A DNA stretch of 63,675 nt, filler included, from Chiloscyllium plagiosum (GCF_004010195.1; 4 parts of one record of this genome joined end to end with filler, not necessarily neighbours in it), one strand, 5' to 3'. Positions 1 to 13,984 are shown, counted from the whole stretch's first letter. Translations and numbers: made by a program. Notes: generated by a model from the letters alone, not told the origin.

Positions 1-232
1 CTTCACCCCCTCCCCCACTCACCTATTGTACTCTATGCTACTTTCTCCCCACCCCCACCCTCCTCTCACTTATCTCCCCACCCTTCAGGCTCTCTGCCTG
101 TATTCCTGATGAAGGGGTCTTGCCTGAAACGTCAATTCTCCTGCTCCTCGGATGCTGCCTGAACTGCCGTGCTTTTCTAGCACCACTCTAATCTAGACTC
201 TGGTTTCCAGCATCTGCAGTCCTTGTTTTTAC
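1..232 (+). mobile_element. Penelope-like element 3' tail (family A) with degenerate hammerhead motif at 102-137
   Basis: ATTC-CTGATGA-A-GGGGTCTTGCCT-GAAAC-GTC followed by gatgctgcctgaactg...tccagcatctgcagtcc; near-identical to the tail at 26148-26273 behind the Penelope-type RT. Confidence 0.75.
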
Positions 233-374
233 ACAGTTGATGATATCTTTCTCTCCAATTTCTCTATACTGTCATCTTCCTGGTTGGTCCTTCGCTTGGT
301 AAATATCTGACATCACTGCAGGATCTGTCATTGACCCTTCCCCCTCATCTCCCCCACATTTCAAAGAGAAAAGA

Positions 375-2570
375 AAATTACAGCACAGGGACAGGCCGTT
401 CAGCCCTCCAAGCCTGTGCCGATCCAGATCCTCTATCTAAATGTGTCAGCTATTTTCTAAAGATCTGTATCGCTCTGCTCCCTGCCCATTCATGTATCTC
501 TCTAGATACATCTTAAATGACGCTATCATCTCCACCCCACCACCCTCTGCATAAAGAACTTTCCACGCATATCTCCCATAAACTATTCCCCTCTCAACTT
601 GAATTCATGACCCCTAGTAACTGAGTCCCCCCATTCTGGGGAAAAAGCTTCTTGCTATCCACCCTGTCTATATCTGTCGTGATTTTGTAGACCTTAATCA
701 GGTCTCCCCTCAACCCATGTCTTTCTAATGAAAATAATCCGAATCTACTCAACTTCTCTTCATAGCTAGCGCCTTCCATATCAGGCAACATCCTGATGAA
801 CTTTCTCTGCACCCTCTCCAAAGCATCTACATCCTTTTGGTATTGTGGCGACCAGAATTGTACACAGTATTCCAAATGTGGTTGAACCAAAGTCCTATAC
901 AACTGTAACATGACCTGCCACCTTTTGTACTCAATACCCCATCTGATGAAGGAAAGCACGCCAATATGCCTTCTTGACCACTCTATCGACCTGCGATGCC
1001 ATCTCCAGGGCACAATAGACCTGACCACCCAGATCTCTCTGTACATCAGTTTTCCCCAGGGCTTTTCCATTTACTGTATAGTTTGCTCTAGAATTGGATC
1101 TTCCAAACTGCATCACCTTGCATTTGCCCGGATTGAACTCCATCTGCCATTTCTCTGCCCAACTCTCCAATCTATCTATATTCTGCTGCATTCTCTGACA
1201 GTCCCCTTCACTATCTGCTACTCCACCAATCTTAGTGTCATCTGCAGACTTGCTAATCAGACCACCTATACCTTCCTCCAGATCATTTATGTATATCACA
1301 AACAACAGTGATCCCAGCACGGATCCCTGTGGAACACCACTGGTCACAGTTCTCCATTTTGAGAAACACCCTTCCACTGCTACTCTCTGTCTCCTGCTGC
1401 CCAGCCAGTTCTCTATCCATCTAGCTGGTGCACCCTGGGCCCCATGCAACTTCACCTTCTGCATCAGCCTACCATGGAGAAGCTTATTAATCACCTTAGT
1501 GAAGTCCATGTATTTGACACCGAGAGACCTTCCCTCATCAATCAACTTTATCACTTCCTCAAAGAATTCAATTAAGTTAGTAAGACATGACCTTCTCTGC
1601 ACAAAACCATATTGTCTATCACTGATAAGACCATTTTCTTCCAAATGTAAATAGATCCTGTCCCTCTGTATCTTCTCCAGTAGATTCCGTACCACTGACG
1701 TCAGGCTCACTGGTCTATAATTACTTGGATCATACCTGCTCCCCTTCTTAAACAAGGGGACAACATTAGCAATTCTCCAGTCCTCCGGGACCTCACCCTG
1801 TTCAAGGATGTTACAAAGATATCTGTTAAGGCCCCAGCTGTTTCCTCTCTCTCGCATCCTTCAGTAACCTGGGATAGATCCATCCAGATCTGAGGACCTG
1901 TCCACCTTAATACCTTTTAGAATACCCAACACTTCCTCCCTCCTTTTGCCAATTTGACCTAGAGTAATCAAACACCTATCCCTAACCTCAACATCTGTCA
2001 TGTCCCTCTCCTCGGTGAATATCGATGCAAACTACTCATTAAGAATCTCACCCATTTTCTCTGACTCCATGCATAACCTTTCTCCTTTGTCGTTGAATGG
2101 GCCAGTCCTTTCTCTGGTTACCCTCTTGCTCCTTATATACAAATAAAAGGCTTTGGGATTTTCCTGAACACTGTTTGCTCAAGATATTTCGTGACCCCTT
2201 TTAGCCCACTTAATTCCTCATTTCAGATTGCACCTACATGCCTGCTATTCTTCCAAAGCTTTGTCTGTTTTCAGTCGCCGAGACCTAACGTTTGCTTCTT
2301 TTTTTCTCTTAGCTAGTCTCACAGTTTCACCTGTCATTCATGGTTCCCTAATCTTGCCATTTCTATCCCTTATTTTCACAGGGACATGTCTGTCCTGCAC
2401 TCTAATCAACCTGTCTGTAAAAGCCTCTTACATATCAAATGTGGATTTGCCTTCAAACAGCTGTTCCCAATCCACATTCCCCAGTTCCTGCTGAATTTTG
2501 GTATAGTTGGCCTTTCCCCAATTTAGCACTCTTCCCTTAGGACCACTCTCGTCTTTGTCCACTTTAGGAC
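375..2570 (-). mobile_element. CR1-type LINE, 3' part of ORF2 (RT), disrupted
   Basis: ORFs 931-1857 ([24 protein letters not shown]) and 594-1070 (HLEYCVQFWSP, LRGDLIKVYK); 3' UTR near 375-500. Confidence 0.9.
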
Positions 2571-5389
2571 CACTCACATATGCCAGTTGCCCCTCAGCGG
2601 CTTCATCAAATGCAATAGCATTAATCTTCATATTGAAACTAATAACACCCAGCTCTACCATCCATCCACTCTCTCAACTCCTCCACTGTTATTTAATTTG
2701 ACCTCAGTTGAATAATTTTCTCCAAGTAAGTATTGAAGCCATTATCTTCTGTTTCCAACACAAACTCTGTTCCATGGTTACTGATTTCATTCCTCTCTCT
2801 GCCTGAGGCTGAGTGTGAGGCAACCCTGAGGTCATACTTGAGCTTCTGACTTCATTCCTGTGCTATTGCAAAGGTCGCCTCATTCCAAACCTGTCACATT
2901 GCCTGACTCCACCCTTGTCTTAAGTGATCTGCTGCCTAATCCCTCATTGAAAGATCGCTGGTGCCTGCACTTGGTTACAGCCCATTGAGGAAGGGTTTCC
3001 TTCTGTGTTATGTAGCAAAGTATTTGCTCTTAACTTCATTTGTGAAGCCTGCATTTTAACAAAATCACTGTGCCATGTTTTAACTCTATTGAAATCACCT
3101 CAGATTGGAATTGATGGTTGACAGCTTTCTGCTTCCTTCCACATTCGGTTATATCAGTTTATCAGATTTTCATCTGATTTTCATCTGATTTCACATGTAA
3201 GACTAAACCATGCATTCAAATATCTAGATTTAAAAATCAAAGTTGAATTTGAAAAGACTATTCTCACCTGCAAATTTCAGTAATAAGATTACTTGAAGAA
3301 CGTATGAGTGAAATGTAATGCTCCTCCCTGTAGCAAGAGGGCCTTTACAATCAAGCACGTGGCTGGTGGGGACCGCACTACCTTCCCACCTCAGTAGGTG
3401 GGAACACCCATGGACAACCTTTCCATTCATTGCCATTTGAGCCACTTAAATGTATATTTACCCAACAGCGAATGGGAAGTTTACCAGGTGGGAAGCAGAG
3501 AGGTAGTGGGAGAGAGTCCTTCATTCAGAAGTGCTTAAAGCCTTATCAAGGGGCCCAGCATCAGGATTGGAGTGGGGTTGTGCTGAGAATCATCCCCATG
3601 TCACTGCTGGCAGCCATCCTTCCTTGGGATCCCTCCTCTTCAATCCATCTGCCATCATTTCCTGTGTCCTGTATCCCTCACTGATCCAAGACATTGGATG
3701 GGTACATTACTGGCAACAGGTACCACTTCCAGACTGGTGATACCAAGCAATGAATAGCTTCTGGCCACCTTTTGGCTGGCAGCCCACAGCAAGTTATGTC
3801 TACTGTCTCTGAGGTCCTTGATCCATGGGTAATGCCTAGACTGGCACTTAATTTGGTGGATCTTCCAACAGCTGACTGGTAGGACCTCTAATACTTACAA
3901 TAAATTACACTCTGTGCATTTAATATACACTCGCAGATATTTGTTGAATTGTAGAAATGCTATTTTAGAAAATGTTTACTAATTAGTTTTCCTTACAAAG
4001 TACCTTTTTAATTTTATTTTAATGAGCCCAAACAACCTGTGAACCAGACTATAAAGTAGCTTTGTGTTTTATTACTGCACAGTTGAGGGAGTGCCAAGAG
4101 TTTGAAAGATAATAGGAGAAATAATACTTTTGATAAGTACTCCTTAATTTCCTTTCCTTGTTGCTTTCCAACTAAACTGCACAAACTCACGAGATCTTGG
4201 TTACTGAGTTGCTTTGGGATGGGTAGAGTCCTAATTTCAACATTTGGTGCATTCCAGTATCAGCACTAAACCCACAGTAGTGTGATTTACACATGACATC
4301 AGCTCTGCTCTCAGTCTATTTAGTCATTATTTGGCTCCATCTCTGTTATTAAAGTCCACCATATAATCATTGGAGGATTTGCGGCTTTAAATTGGAGTAT
4401 TGTGCAAAGTCCAAGATGCATGTAATTGTGTATTCTGTGGGAAGTGGTGAGTAGCCTACAGTTTGAAGTATTGCCAGTGATGCCACCATGCTGTTTAAAT
4501 AACTAATGTGCATGTTGGAATGTTATTTTTTAGCTTTATTGGTTGGTACAGCTTCTTCCCACAATGCCGTTTTATTAAGTAACATAGTATCACTGAGTTT
4601 TTGATGGATAATTGGTTGACTTCTGGTTGTCATCCTCCCATTGTTTTGTTTTTAGTGTTATTCCTTCTTTCTTTCCTGCTATCATTATATCATTGCCCAT
4701 TATCCTCAAGTGCTTGATATATCACAATTATAGATATGTTTACATCAGCCAAGAGAAGCTAATGGTGGTCCTTCCAGCCAATGACAAAAGGTCCAATGAA
4801 AGGTTAGTTCTACTCTGGGAGGAAGTTGGTGATGGCATTCTGTCTCTCAACTACTCATGCTTAAAATACTTGATCACATCCTTTTTAAATCTTATGTGGA
4901 TAACAGTCTTAGTTCACTTGGTAATTACTTTGGTGTTTTAAGATATCATTGGAGAATGTGTTAGAAATAATTTTGTTTAGCTTCACAATGGCTTAGCAAA
5001 CAAAAATTACAACTAGCCCATACAAATCCCAAGATCCTATGCTAAATTCAGATCAGTGAGAGAAGAGCTTGGCAAAATCAGCCAGTATTCTTTCTTCTGT
5101 TCATTACACACTGGCCCATGCTGGAAATTACAAGGTGACAGCATTATCACTTATTGAATAACGGACTGGTCTGCCTCAAAGTTTTGCCGGTGGATTGAAG
5201 GACTGGGGGTCTCCAGTACCTGCTGAACTGTACCCTTCCCACTCTCTTCTCCTTCCCCCAAGTCACTATTGTCAGTAAAAGAAGGGTGCATCACTTTGAT
5301 TATTTGTTTCTTCACAACAAGTTCGCCATTTTGATGGAGAAGAAAAGGAACATTCTCAGAACAAACTAAATAAAATGTTAATGAATCGA

Positions 5390-5765
5390 ATCATGCAATA
5401 CAGAAGAGGTCTTCAGCCCATCAAGTCTGTATCACCAAAACTGCGCTACATCTATACTGTTCCCCGTCCCCACCACTTGGCACGTAACCTTAAATGTTTG
5501 ACACTGCAACAGTTCATCCCGAGTACATCTTAAAGTTTGTGAGGTTACCCATCTCAACTACTGTCCCAGGCAGTGCATTCTAGACCCATTCTCCCTCTAT
5601 TACTCTCTCAACCTCCTGCCTTTTGCTTTTAAATTATGTTTACTCAATATTGGCCCTTCAACTAAAGGAAACTGCTGCTTTTAATTTACAGTATCCATGC
5701 CCCTCACAATCTTATGCATCTCTGTAAGGTTCCCCCTCGACCTTCTCTGCTCAAAGGAAAGCAAC
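5390..5765 (-). mobile_element. degenerate CR1 3' end
   Basis: Similar to other CR1 3' ends in the window (tatccatgcccctcacaatctta..., cttcagcccatcaagtctg). Confidence 0.65.
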
Positions 5766-6067
5766 CTGGTATCACAAACAATAAGGGTTCCAAATGATCC
5801 CTGTGACACCACTGGATACCAGCTTCCAGTGTCACAAACAGCCTTCTACACCCCCTGCCCCACCCCTCAGCCCCACCCTCCTCTCCTACCACCAATTCTA
5901 TATTAATGCAAGTTTTTCAGAAGGAAAACATAGTAATATAAGGAATCAGTGTAAACTTAAGCCAACATCCTTTTGATTATAGTCAGTCTGGAATGAGAAA
6001 GAACTTATCGAACAAATGTGGACCTAGTTGAGGAAACAGACCTTTCCTTAATCAGCGAGACTAAATA

Positions 6068-6232
6068 CAGAACAACCTCGATTATCTGAATGAGACGGGT
6101 GGGAGTATTTTGTTTGGAAAACTGATTGTTCAGATAACTGATTGTTCGGCTAATGTTTTCATGGGACCTTGAGATTTTGTTCGGATAATCCGAAATTCGG
6201 ATAATTGATGTTCGGATGACCGAGGTTGTTCT
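6068..6232. mobile_element. Tc1/mariner (Tigger-like) MITE
   Basis: Terminal inverted repeats cagaacaacctcgattatc / gatgaccgaggttgttct, TA flanks, internal ttcggataa repeats. Confidence 0.7.
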
Positions 6233-7305
6233 TAACTCAATTAATAGAGAAAATGCAAATCAGTTCAAAGTAATTGGCAGCCATGCCTTCAGCTGCTCAG
6301 TGCCCCCAATTGAAAAAATCCCTCCATCCATCTCTCCACTTTCTTCCTTTCAGACATACTTTAAAACCTGCTGCATGGACCAAGTTTCTGGTCATCTGCC
6401 CAAACATGGATTAGTATCAGATATTGTTTGATAATGTTTCTGCAAAGTGAGTTGGAATGTTTTACTGTGTTAGATCTGACAGATCAACTCAAGCTGTTAC
6501 AGTTGTTGTGAGTGAGATTGTCAGACCAATTTGAGAACTGCCATTAACATTTAGTGGATGTAAAAGCCATAATACCAACACCAAACCAGTGACTGAGATT
6601 CTATCTGCATGACAAATCTTTCCAGCTGTTTGTAACATTGAAATATTCTTTTGTATCAACTTGTTGACTAACTGCCAAAACCTTGTGGGTGTCTCATTTT
6701 TCTCAATGGATTATCCTGCATTCCCCATGACTCAGGAAATTAATTTTCTCTGGTGTTGGGATCACATCTGAGCATTTCTGGGCATTCTGTCATGGTAAAT
6801 ATATGGTTGAGGGGCTTGATAATTAAAGGGCCGTGCAGACAAATCATTTGTCAAGGCAGTTGTGAGATTTCTAATTGTGAACACTTTATCCTGATGGTTA
6901 AAGGGGTCATCACACCAGCTGTTGAAAAATGTTAACCACTTGACTGACACAATGTTGTAAATTGGAGCAAAAGAATAGTTCCAGCAAAACTTTTGCTTTT
7001 TTTTACTCCTTATTGGTAAATGATCAGTATAATATTCATGTGCAATTCTCCAGTAGTTCGAAACCATGTCGGTCAAACAGATCTCTGCACTCATGCAAAT
7101 TCAAAATTCATTAAAAAATATTTATTCCAGAGTAATAACTGTCTTGAAGGAATGAGTTTTTTTGTGTCTTTAAATATAATGGCATTTAACTCAGTGTTTT
7201 ATTAGGAAAAGAAAGAGCTGCAAGTCATTTCACAGAAAGACTCCATGTGACAGACTCATTTTCAAGCTTCTTTATTTGATGAATCATCCACACTATTTCC
7301 TTCAT

Positions 7306-7534
7306 GCTGGAGATCACAGTGGGTCAGACAGCATCTATGGGGAGAGAGAGCAAGCTAACGTTTCAAGTCTAGATGACGCGTCATCAGAGCTGAAGTGAAG
7401 TGCTTTGACGACGAGTCATCTAGACTTGAAGTGTTAGCTTGTTCTCTCTCCATGGATGCTGTCTGGCCCACTGTGATCTCCAGCTTTGGTTGTTTGCAGT
7501 ACAGATTCCAGCATCTGCAGTAATTAGCTCCTCC
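7306..7534. mobile_element. fold-back Penelope-derived element (family C) with hammerhead motif
   Basis: Inverted arms 7306-7390 / 7402-7484; 13-bp TSD ctatttccttcat (7293-7305, 7535-7547); tail ttccagcatctgcag. Confidence 0.8.
7354..7390 (-). ncRNA. minimal type-I hammerhead ribozyme motif
   Basis: GCU-CUGAUGA-CGCGUCAUCUAGACUU-GAAAC-GUU-AGC; helix I GCU/AGC, ACGU palindrome; stem II partly mismatched. Confidence 0.55.
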
Positions 7535-10500
7535 CTATTTCCTTCATCTCCAGCTTGAAGTCACCACCAAATACACGTTTGCCTTCCCTTCCCTTTCAGT
7601 ATTCCAGTCGGACCATCTCCTCCACAGCAGCATGGTTCACTGCTTGATCATCATTCTCAAGATAGCTTTCAATGCAAAGACTGGAAATGAAACATCTGCT
7701 GTTGTCTTTTTCCCTGTTAATACCTCTGTTCAGTTCACAAGCATGACGCAGAATTTCAAGTTATCTGAAAACTATAGCTCTGGTACCATCTGACCTCTCT
7801 GTCTTCAGCTGCTGAGTGTTCAAATGAACCTCACAGAAAGCTTGAAGACATCATCTATCAATTAAGCACTTTGTTCATCCATACTCAAGATTGAGTTAGT
7901 CAGTTTTACACCATAACCAGAGTCCCCATTATCTTTCCATATTTGTTTCCAGGTCTTGGTATTTCTCACTTTGCTTTCCAATTCCATTATTCACAACTGC
8001 TCCCGACAAATTGTTATATTACTTGTTCCATGTGTACACTCTGTAGCCTTGCACCTTTTGTTATTTGATCTCACCTGTCTCCCTCCCAATTAGTAACCTT
8101 GCCAATCATTTTTTTCCCATTGTCTCCTCTTTTTCACTTGCTTATGACCTGTTCTACCTCTAAATTTTCCAAGTTCTAATGAGATGTTATCAGTTTGAAA
8201 CATTGGACTGAGTTTTGCTGACTGTCAATCCCAACTCAAGATGAAATCTGATTTGATAGCCAGGAAGAGTTGGTGGTGCGATGTCGGTATCATCCTCCTG
8301 GAAATGGATAATTAAGAAGTTGTCTCTGAAAGCACTGTCCAATTACTGGTAGTGACCAGGTTCTAATGTCATGAGGCCCATTCACTTGTAGCCCTTAAAG
8401 GTGGGCTTTATAATGTGGACAATGCCTTACCTTCAAGAGAGGTCCTGGCCCTGGCAGTACCTTCAGTGGGAGGAAGTCAGCTGCCATTGAATCAGGGCAA
8501 GTATTTGTGGAAACATGTTAGAATGAGTGGCACATGTGAAATAGGGAGATCCCTTGTGGTATGAAATATTTCAGATAAGTAGCTCATTACACCCTTAATT
8601 GGCTTACTGCCACCGCTGGGAATTTGCCATCAAACCTGTTAATCTACCTTCAGGAAAAATGCATGGAGCCAGGAATAGTCGGGAAGTTAACACATTGGAG
8701 GTACAGGTGTGAGGAAATTTACCCAAAGGCAAAGTGAGAAAATTTCAACTTTTAATGCTGCCTCCCTGTCCACAGATGCTGCTAGACTTGCTGAGCATTG
8801 TCGCCATTTTCTGTTTATAAGACAGCATTTTATGTTTCAGCCGAGTACAAGTTACAACATCACATGTTTGTTATATAAATGAAACATGAAAAAGATTCAT
8901 CCTAATAATTATCATTGTAGTGCTGTTTTGTAATATGATTTTTATTTTACTTTCAATTGCCCATTCTAGTATGAGCTGCTTTAAAATAAAAATAAAGGGA
9001 TATTGGATTCCAAACTGAAAACTAGTGAAATTGGAAGTAATATTTCTTGCTGTTTCTGTCTCCCATATTTGAAAAGGCTGATGTTAGTACTTCAACCTTG
9101 GTAGAGATTGTATTGTACAAATGAACATAGCGTTCGGTAACATGGATCCATAGTTTCTAAGTCTTTTTATTTTCACATTTGTTGATTTATAGAAATGAAT
9201 GGATAAGCTGGTTGTACACCAAATACATTTATGTGTTTATGTCTTTTGAATATAAGGAAGTAAATATAGAATGCATGCACAGGTGTCTGGGAGAGCATGT
9301 GTGGGAGAAGAGTTACAATGGCAGATTTAGATGAGAAAAGCCTTAAATAGAGCTTAAACACTGATATGGACTTGCTGAGCCAAGTGGCCTGCTAATGTGC
9401 TTTATATCCTGTGTAATCCCATAAGATAGTTCCATAGGACCCCTATTAAAAGTTCTGCACTTCATTGACAGATATGCAATAGAACCAGATTGATGACCAT
9501 CTGCAACCTAAGGCATAAATCCCACCTCAAATCACAAATATTCCAATACTTTGGGTTATCAAGTCTGCCGGAGCATCTGTGATTGCCTGTCTTTTTCAGT
9601 CAGATAGAGGCCTTTACCAGGATTGCAATGAAACTACTGCCAGCTCTCTTATCCAGCAGAAGTTCGATTTGATTAAAAAAGAGAAAATGTTGGAAATGTT
9701 AAGCAGGTCAGGTAACATCTTGCAGAAAGAGGGAAGGGAGATGGGTTTGTTTTGGGGCCAGAATCTCACCTCAGGGGTTGAGAGGGATAAGAGTTGAAAT
9801 TAAGATTTTTATGTGGCAAAGTCATTAATTGACATGAAGACCAATTTCCTGTCCTGTTAAGGACAGCAGGCAGGTTATCGAAGTTTGAGGGTCAAACGCC
9901 TTCAGAGGAACGCACGGTTACAGTACAGAGCACTGCTACAAGAAGCTGTCCTTTAAAACGTTTCTTCAAAAACATTTAACAAAAAGCAACCAGCATTGGG
10001 TTATGAAATCATGGCAGGGTGCTCTTCGGCTCTCCCTTCACCCAGGTGTGCCAGGAATGCTAGCAGCCTAACCTGGCATTGGATGTTCTCCTCTTCCCAA
10101 CCCACCCTGTCAGGAATCTGGAGACTAACTGCAAATTATTCTTCTAAACATAACTTTAATAATGTTCTCCAAAAATGACAAGTGCTAGCAATGACATTCC
10201 AGTGTCATTATTGTTTGGCAGCCCCCACCCTCATGCTCCTTTCCCAGTTTTAGAAGTGGGAGAGATTGGGGTAAGTGTTTGGGTGGGCGGTTCTGCAGAC
10301 AAAGTGGAGGCAGAGAACAAAAGGCAAGATCTGTGATTGAGTGAAAGATGGGAGAGAGGTTAACTGACAAAAGTTTTGGAAATGCAAGAAACAAAAGATA
10401 TGTTTATAGGAGGTGTGAATAGTGAAATGTGTTCTACTAACTCTACGAAAAGTGTGACAGGCACAATTTCTGGAATAGCAGAACAATTTTCTCAGACTTC

Positions 10501-12021
10501 CCCCAGAATAATGTTTGAACATTGAATAACTGAAAACCCATATACTCCACACCCAACCTGAAGTAGAACTAGATTTTCTAGCATCCCAAAATCAGGCCCT
10601 GCCCCGCTTACAGCTTGTTCCCTCTCCCTATAAACAATCCATTTGTTCATTGGCCCTAGCAGACCTCTTGGCTTTAGGCCTAGCAATAGACATAGAAGAA
10701 TAGTCCTTTGCTATCCTTCTGAAAGACAGTTTGTTTAGTCCCATTTTTACACCACCTCCATATATATGGTCTTTTTTTTTATTTTTCAAATATATAAAAA
10801 AGTTCTTTGTTTAAATATACCATGGATTCTGTAATTGTCTACTGGGGCCCTGAGAACCATCTCCATACAAACTAAATCTTGTTATCCCTCCATTCAATTT
10901 TATAGGTAAATAATTTTATTAAATTATTTACTGGATAATTGACTGGTAGAAATATCTTTCCAGATTAATTATTCAAAATTTCTTAAAGCCTACTTGTCAT
11001 TATTTAGACATATCCACCTAGTTTATTATTTACTAAAGAAGTGGCCAGTTCCTCCACATTACTGAAGCTTCCTGTTATCTTAATGAATTACTCTGAATAC
11101 ACTCCTTGCCATTTTTCCTGAAGTAGGATGCCTACAAAGCAGTACGTTAAATTCTAACTGAAGCTTAGCTAGCGATTTTTTTAATATAAAGTTTAGTATT
11201 TCCTCTTTTCTTTACACACAAGGGGGAGTTTTAACTTGTTGACTGGAAGGGAGCCTGGCTCCCTTCACATGTGATACCACTAATGTGTTCCTTACTCAGA
11301 TTCTAACCAGATTGACTCACTTTGCTCCTTGCCTGACTGGAAGCTATGGAGAAGAGGTTTCCGGGTCCGTTAGTGCCAGGTTTGACTGGGAGGGGAGCTA
11401 CTGAGAGGCCACCTTGAGGCAGAGGATAGAATCTGAGGACTTGAGGTAAAGGTCAGGGATGTTGTGTTTTATCTTGGAGATCTGCAGAAACGATACAACC
11501 CTGGTGTGTGTCTGTAACAGAAGTTCTTTGAAGTGCTTTAAAATGTCAAAACTCATGCTTCCAGCTGCTTGCCTACAGTTTAGTTTCTTTTTATTGGGCA
11601 CCTGAGTATTCCCAGCATGTTCAATTTGATTTTAACTCATATTTCTAGAATCCAGAGTATTTTGCGCTTGTGTCTACATACTTGGATATTGGAGTTATTC
11701 TAAAAAATACATGGTTAGCAACAGGATAACTTGCCAATCTCAGCCATTTCATCTGAATAGATATTGAGTGAAACTAGAGGGAAATCAAGGGTCAGTTCCT
11801 CCCTTCCCAACGGAACTTTCCAATTTTTAATGATTAACAACGCAGGGCCTGAAATCAATTTATCTGTTTGCCCTACAGGTCTAAGAATAATGCACACCAT
11901 TGGGACAGAACAGAACAGCAACAGATGGCAAAAGAAAGAACTTTTTGTTTTTCAAAAGGTTTTAAAGCTGTGCAGAGAAATAATTGCAAATATTGAGAAG
12001 CATTGAGAATATTTAAAATAC

Positions 12022-13098
12022 AGTCATAGAGTCCTACAGCACAGGGACAGGTCCTTTGGCCCACACTGATCCATGCCGACCAAACTGTCCATCCACGCTA
12101 ACTCCATTTCCCTGCACTTGGCCCATATCGTTCTAATCCTTTCTTATCCATGTATTTGTCCAAATGCCTTTTAAATGTTGATAATGTACCCACCTCAACC
12201 ACTTCCCCTGGCAGCTCATTCCATATCCATACCACCCTCTGGGTTAAAAAAGAGTTCAGTTTTATTCTTTCCCCTGTAACCTTAAAGTGATGCCCTCTAG
12301 CCTTTGATTCTTCAACCCTGAGGAGAAAGATTGAATGCATTCACCCTATCATGCCTCTCATGATATTATACATTTCTATAAGGGGCCCCCCCTCTGTCTC
12401 CTACGCTCTAAAGAAAAATGTCATGGCTTGTCCAGCCTCTCCTTATAACTCAGACCATTGAGTCCAGGCAACATCCAGGTAATTTTCTTCGGCACGCTTT
12501 CCAGTTTAATAACTTCCTTCCTTTAACAAGGTGACTAAAACTGAGCACACTGCTCCAAGTGTGGCCTCACCAAAGTCCTGTATAATGCAACATAACTTCC
12601 CAACTTCTATACTCAATGCCATGACTGATGAAGGCCAATGTGCCTTATCTACTTGTGACTCCACTTTCAAAGAACTGTGAACGTGAACTCCAAGATTCCT
12701 CTGTTCCACTACACTCCTTAAGGCCCTACCATTCACTATGAAACGCCTGCCTTCATTTGAATTTCCAAAATGCAAAACCTCACACTTATCTATATTATAC
12801 TGCATTTGCCATTTCTCGGCCTACTTCCTCAGTTGATCAAGGTCCTGCTGCAATTTCCAATAAGCATCCTCACTGTCAATACTGCCTGCTTTAGTACCAT
12901 CAGCAAACTTACTAACCATGCCTTGTACATTCAAATCCAAATCATTGATATGGGTAACAAACAGTAATGGGCTCAGCAACACCCCCGACGCACTCCATTA
13001 GTCACAGGCCTCCAGTACAATAAGCGCCCTTCCGATATTACCCTCTACTTCCTACTATCAAGCCAGTTTTGTATCCACTTTGCCAGCTTGCCCTGGAC
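12022..13098 (-). mobile_element. CR1 LINE 3' fragment
   Basis: ORFs 12098-12340 (WNELPGEVVEVGT..FKRHLDKYM) and 12506-12805 (KCEVLHFG). Confidence 0.85.
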
Positions 13099-13099
13099 T

Positions 13100-13545
13100 C
13101 ATGAGGTCAATTCCTGGAATGGAGCGACTGGGCTTGTATACACTTAATTTAGAAGGATGAGAGGGGATCTGATTGAGATGTATAAGATCATTAAAGGATT
13201 GGACACTCAGGAGGCAGGAAGCATGTTTCCGCTGATAGGTGAGTCCAAAACCAGAGGACACAGTTTAAAAATATGGAGTAGGCCATTTAGAACAGAATTG
13301 AGAAATTTCTTCACCCAGAGAATCATGGATATATGGAATGCTGTGCCCCAGAAGGCAATGGAGACCAAGTCTCTGGATACTTTCAAGAAAGGGATGGATA
13401 GAACTCTTAAAGATTGGGAATCAAGGGTTATGGTGATAAGGCAGGAGCAAGATACTAATTGTGGATGATCAGCCATGATCATAATGAATGGTGGTGCTGG
13501 CTCAAAGGGCTGAATGGCCTACTCCTGCACCTATTGTCTATTGAT
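13100..13545 (+). mobile_element. CR1 LINE 3' end (second subfamily)
   Basis: ORF 13157-13468 MRGDLIEMYKII..TRGHSLKI..FFTQRIM; 3' UTR ending ctattgtctattg. Confidence 0.85.
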
Positions 13546-13984
13546 TCCATGCAAATAAAGAGTAGATTTCAGGTTAATTATTTTTCATTATTTTACTGAG
13601 AATTGGCAGATTTTCCGAACTAGTCCTCAAACTTTGCACTCTAACCAATATGAATCCCAACATTGGCAATAAAAAAAAATTATAGTTCAATGCTTTAACA
13701 TCTGAACTGGCAGAAAAAAATGTAACAACAGGTGTTTCAAGTGTAGAAATACATTTTTGTTTCATTAAAGTGAGACAGTAGTGGGAACCAACAGATTCCT
13801 AACAAAGCATCTCATAGAATCATATCGAAAGAGTACATAATTGATTCTTAGAGTTGTCAGCCCTCTGGGAATGGCTGGTAGTCCCCCAGAATCGGCCTCA
13901 ATCTCCTGGCGGCCAAACAAAGCATGGTTGAAACTTTATTGCTGGAACAGCACAGCAGGTCAGGCAGCATCCAGGGAACAGGAG

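Noticed and set aside
3140..3195. U2 snRNA-like ttatcagttt fragment
   Set aside because: Too short; explained by a local 11-bp tandem repeat (catctgatttt).
10250..10686. Exon-like segment after ttctacttcag on the minus strand
   Set aside because: No similarity to dymeclin or any protein I recognise; no clear donor.
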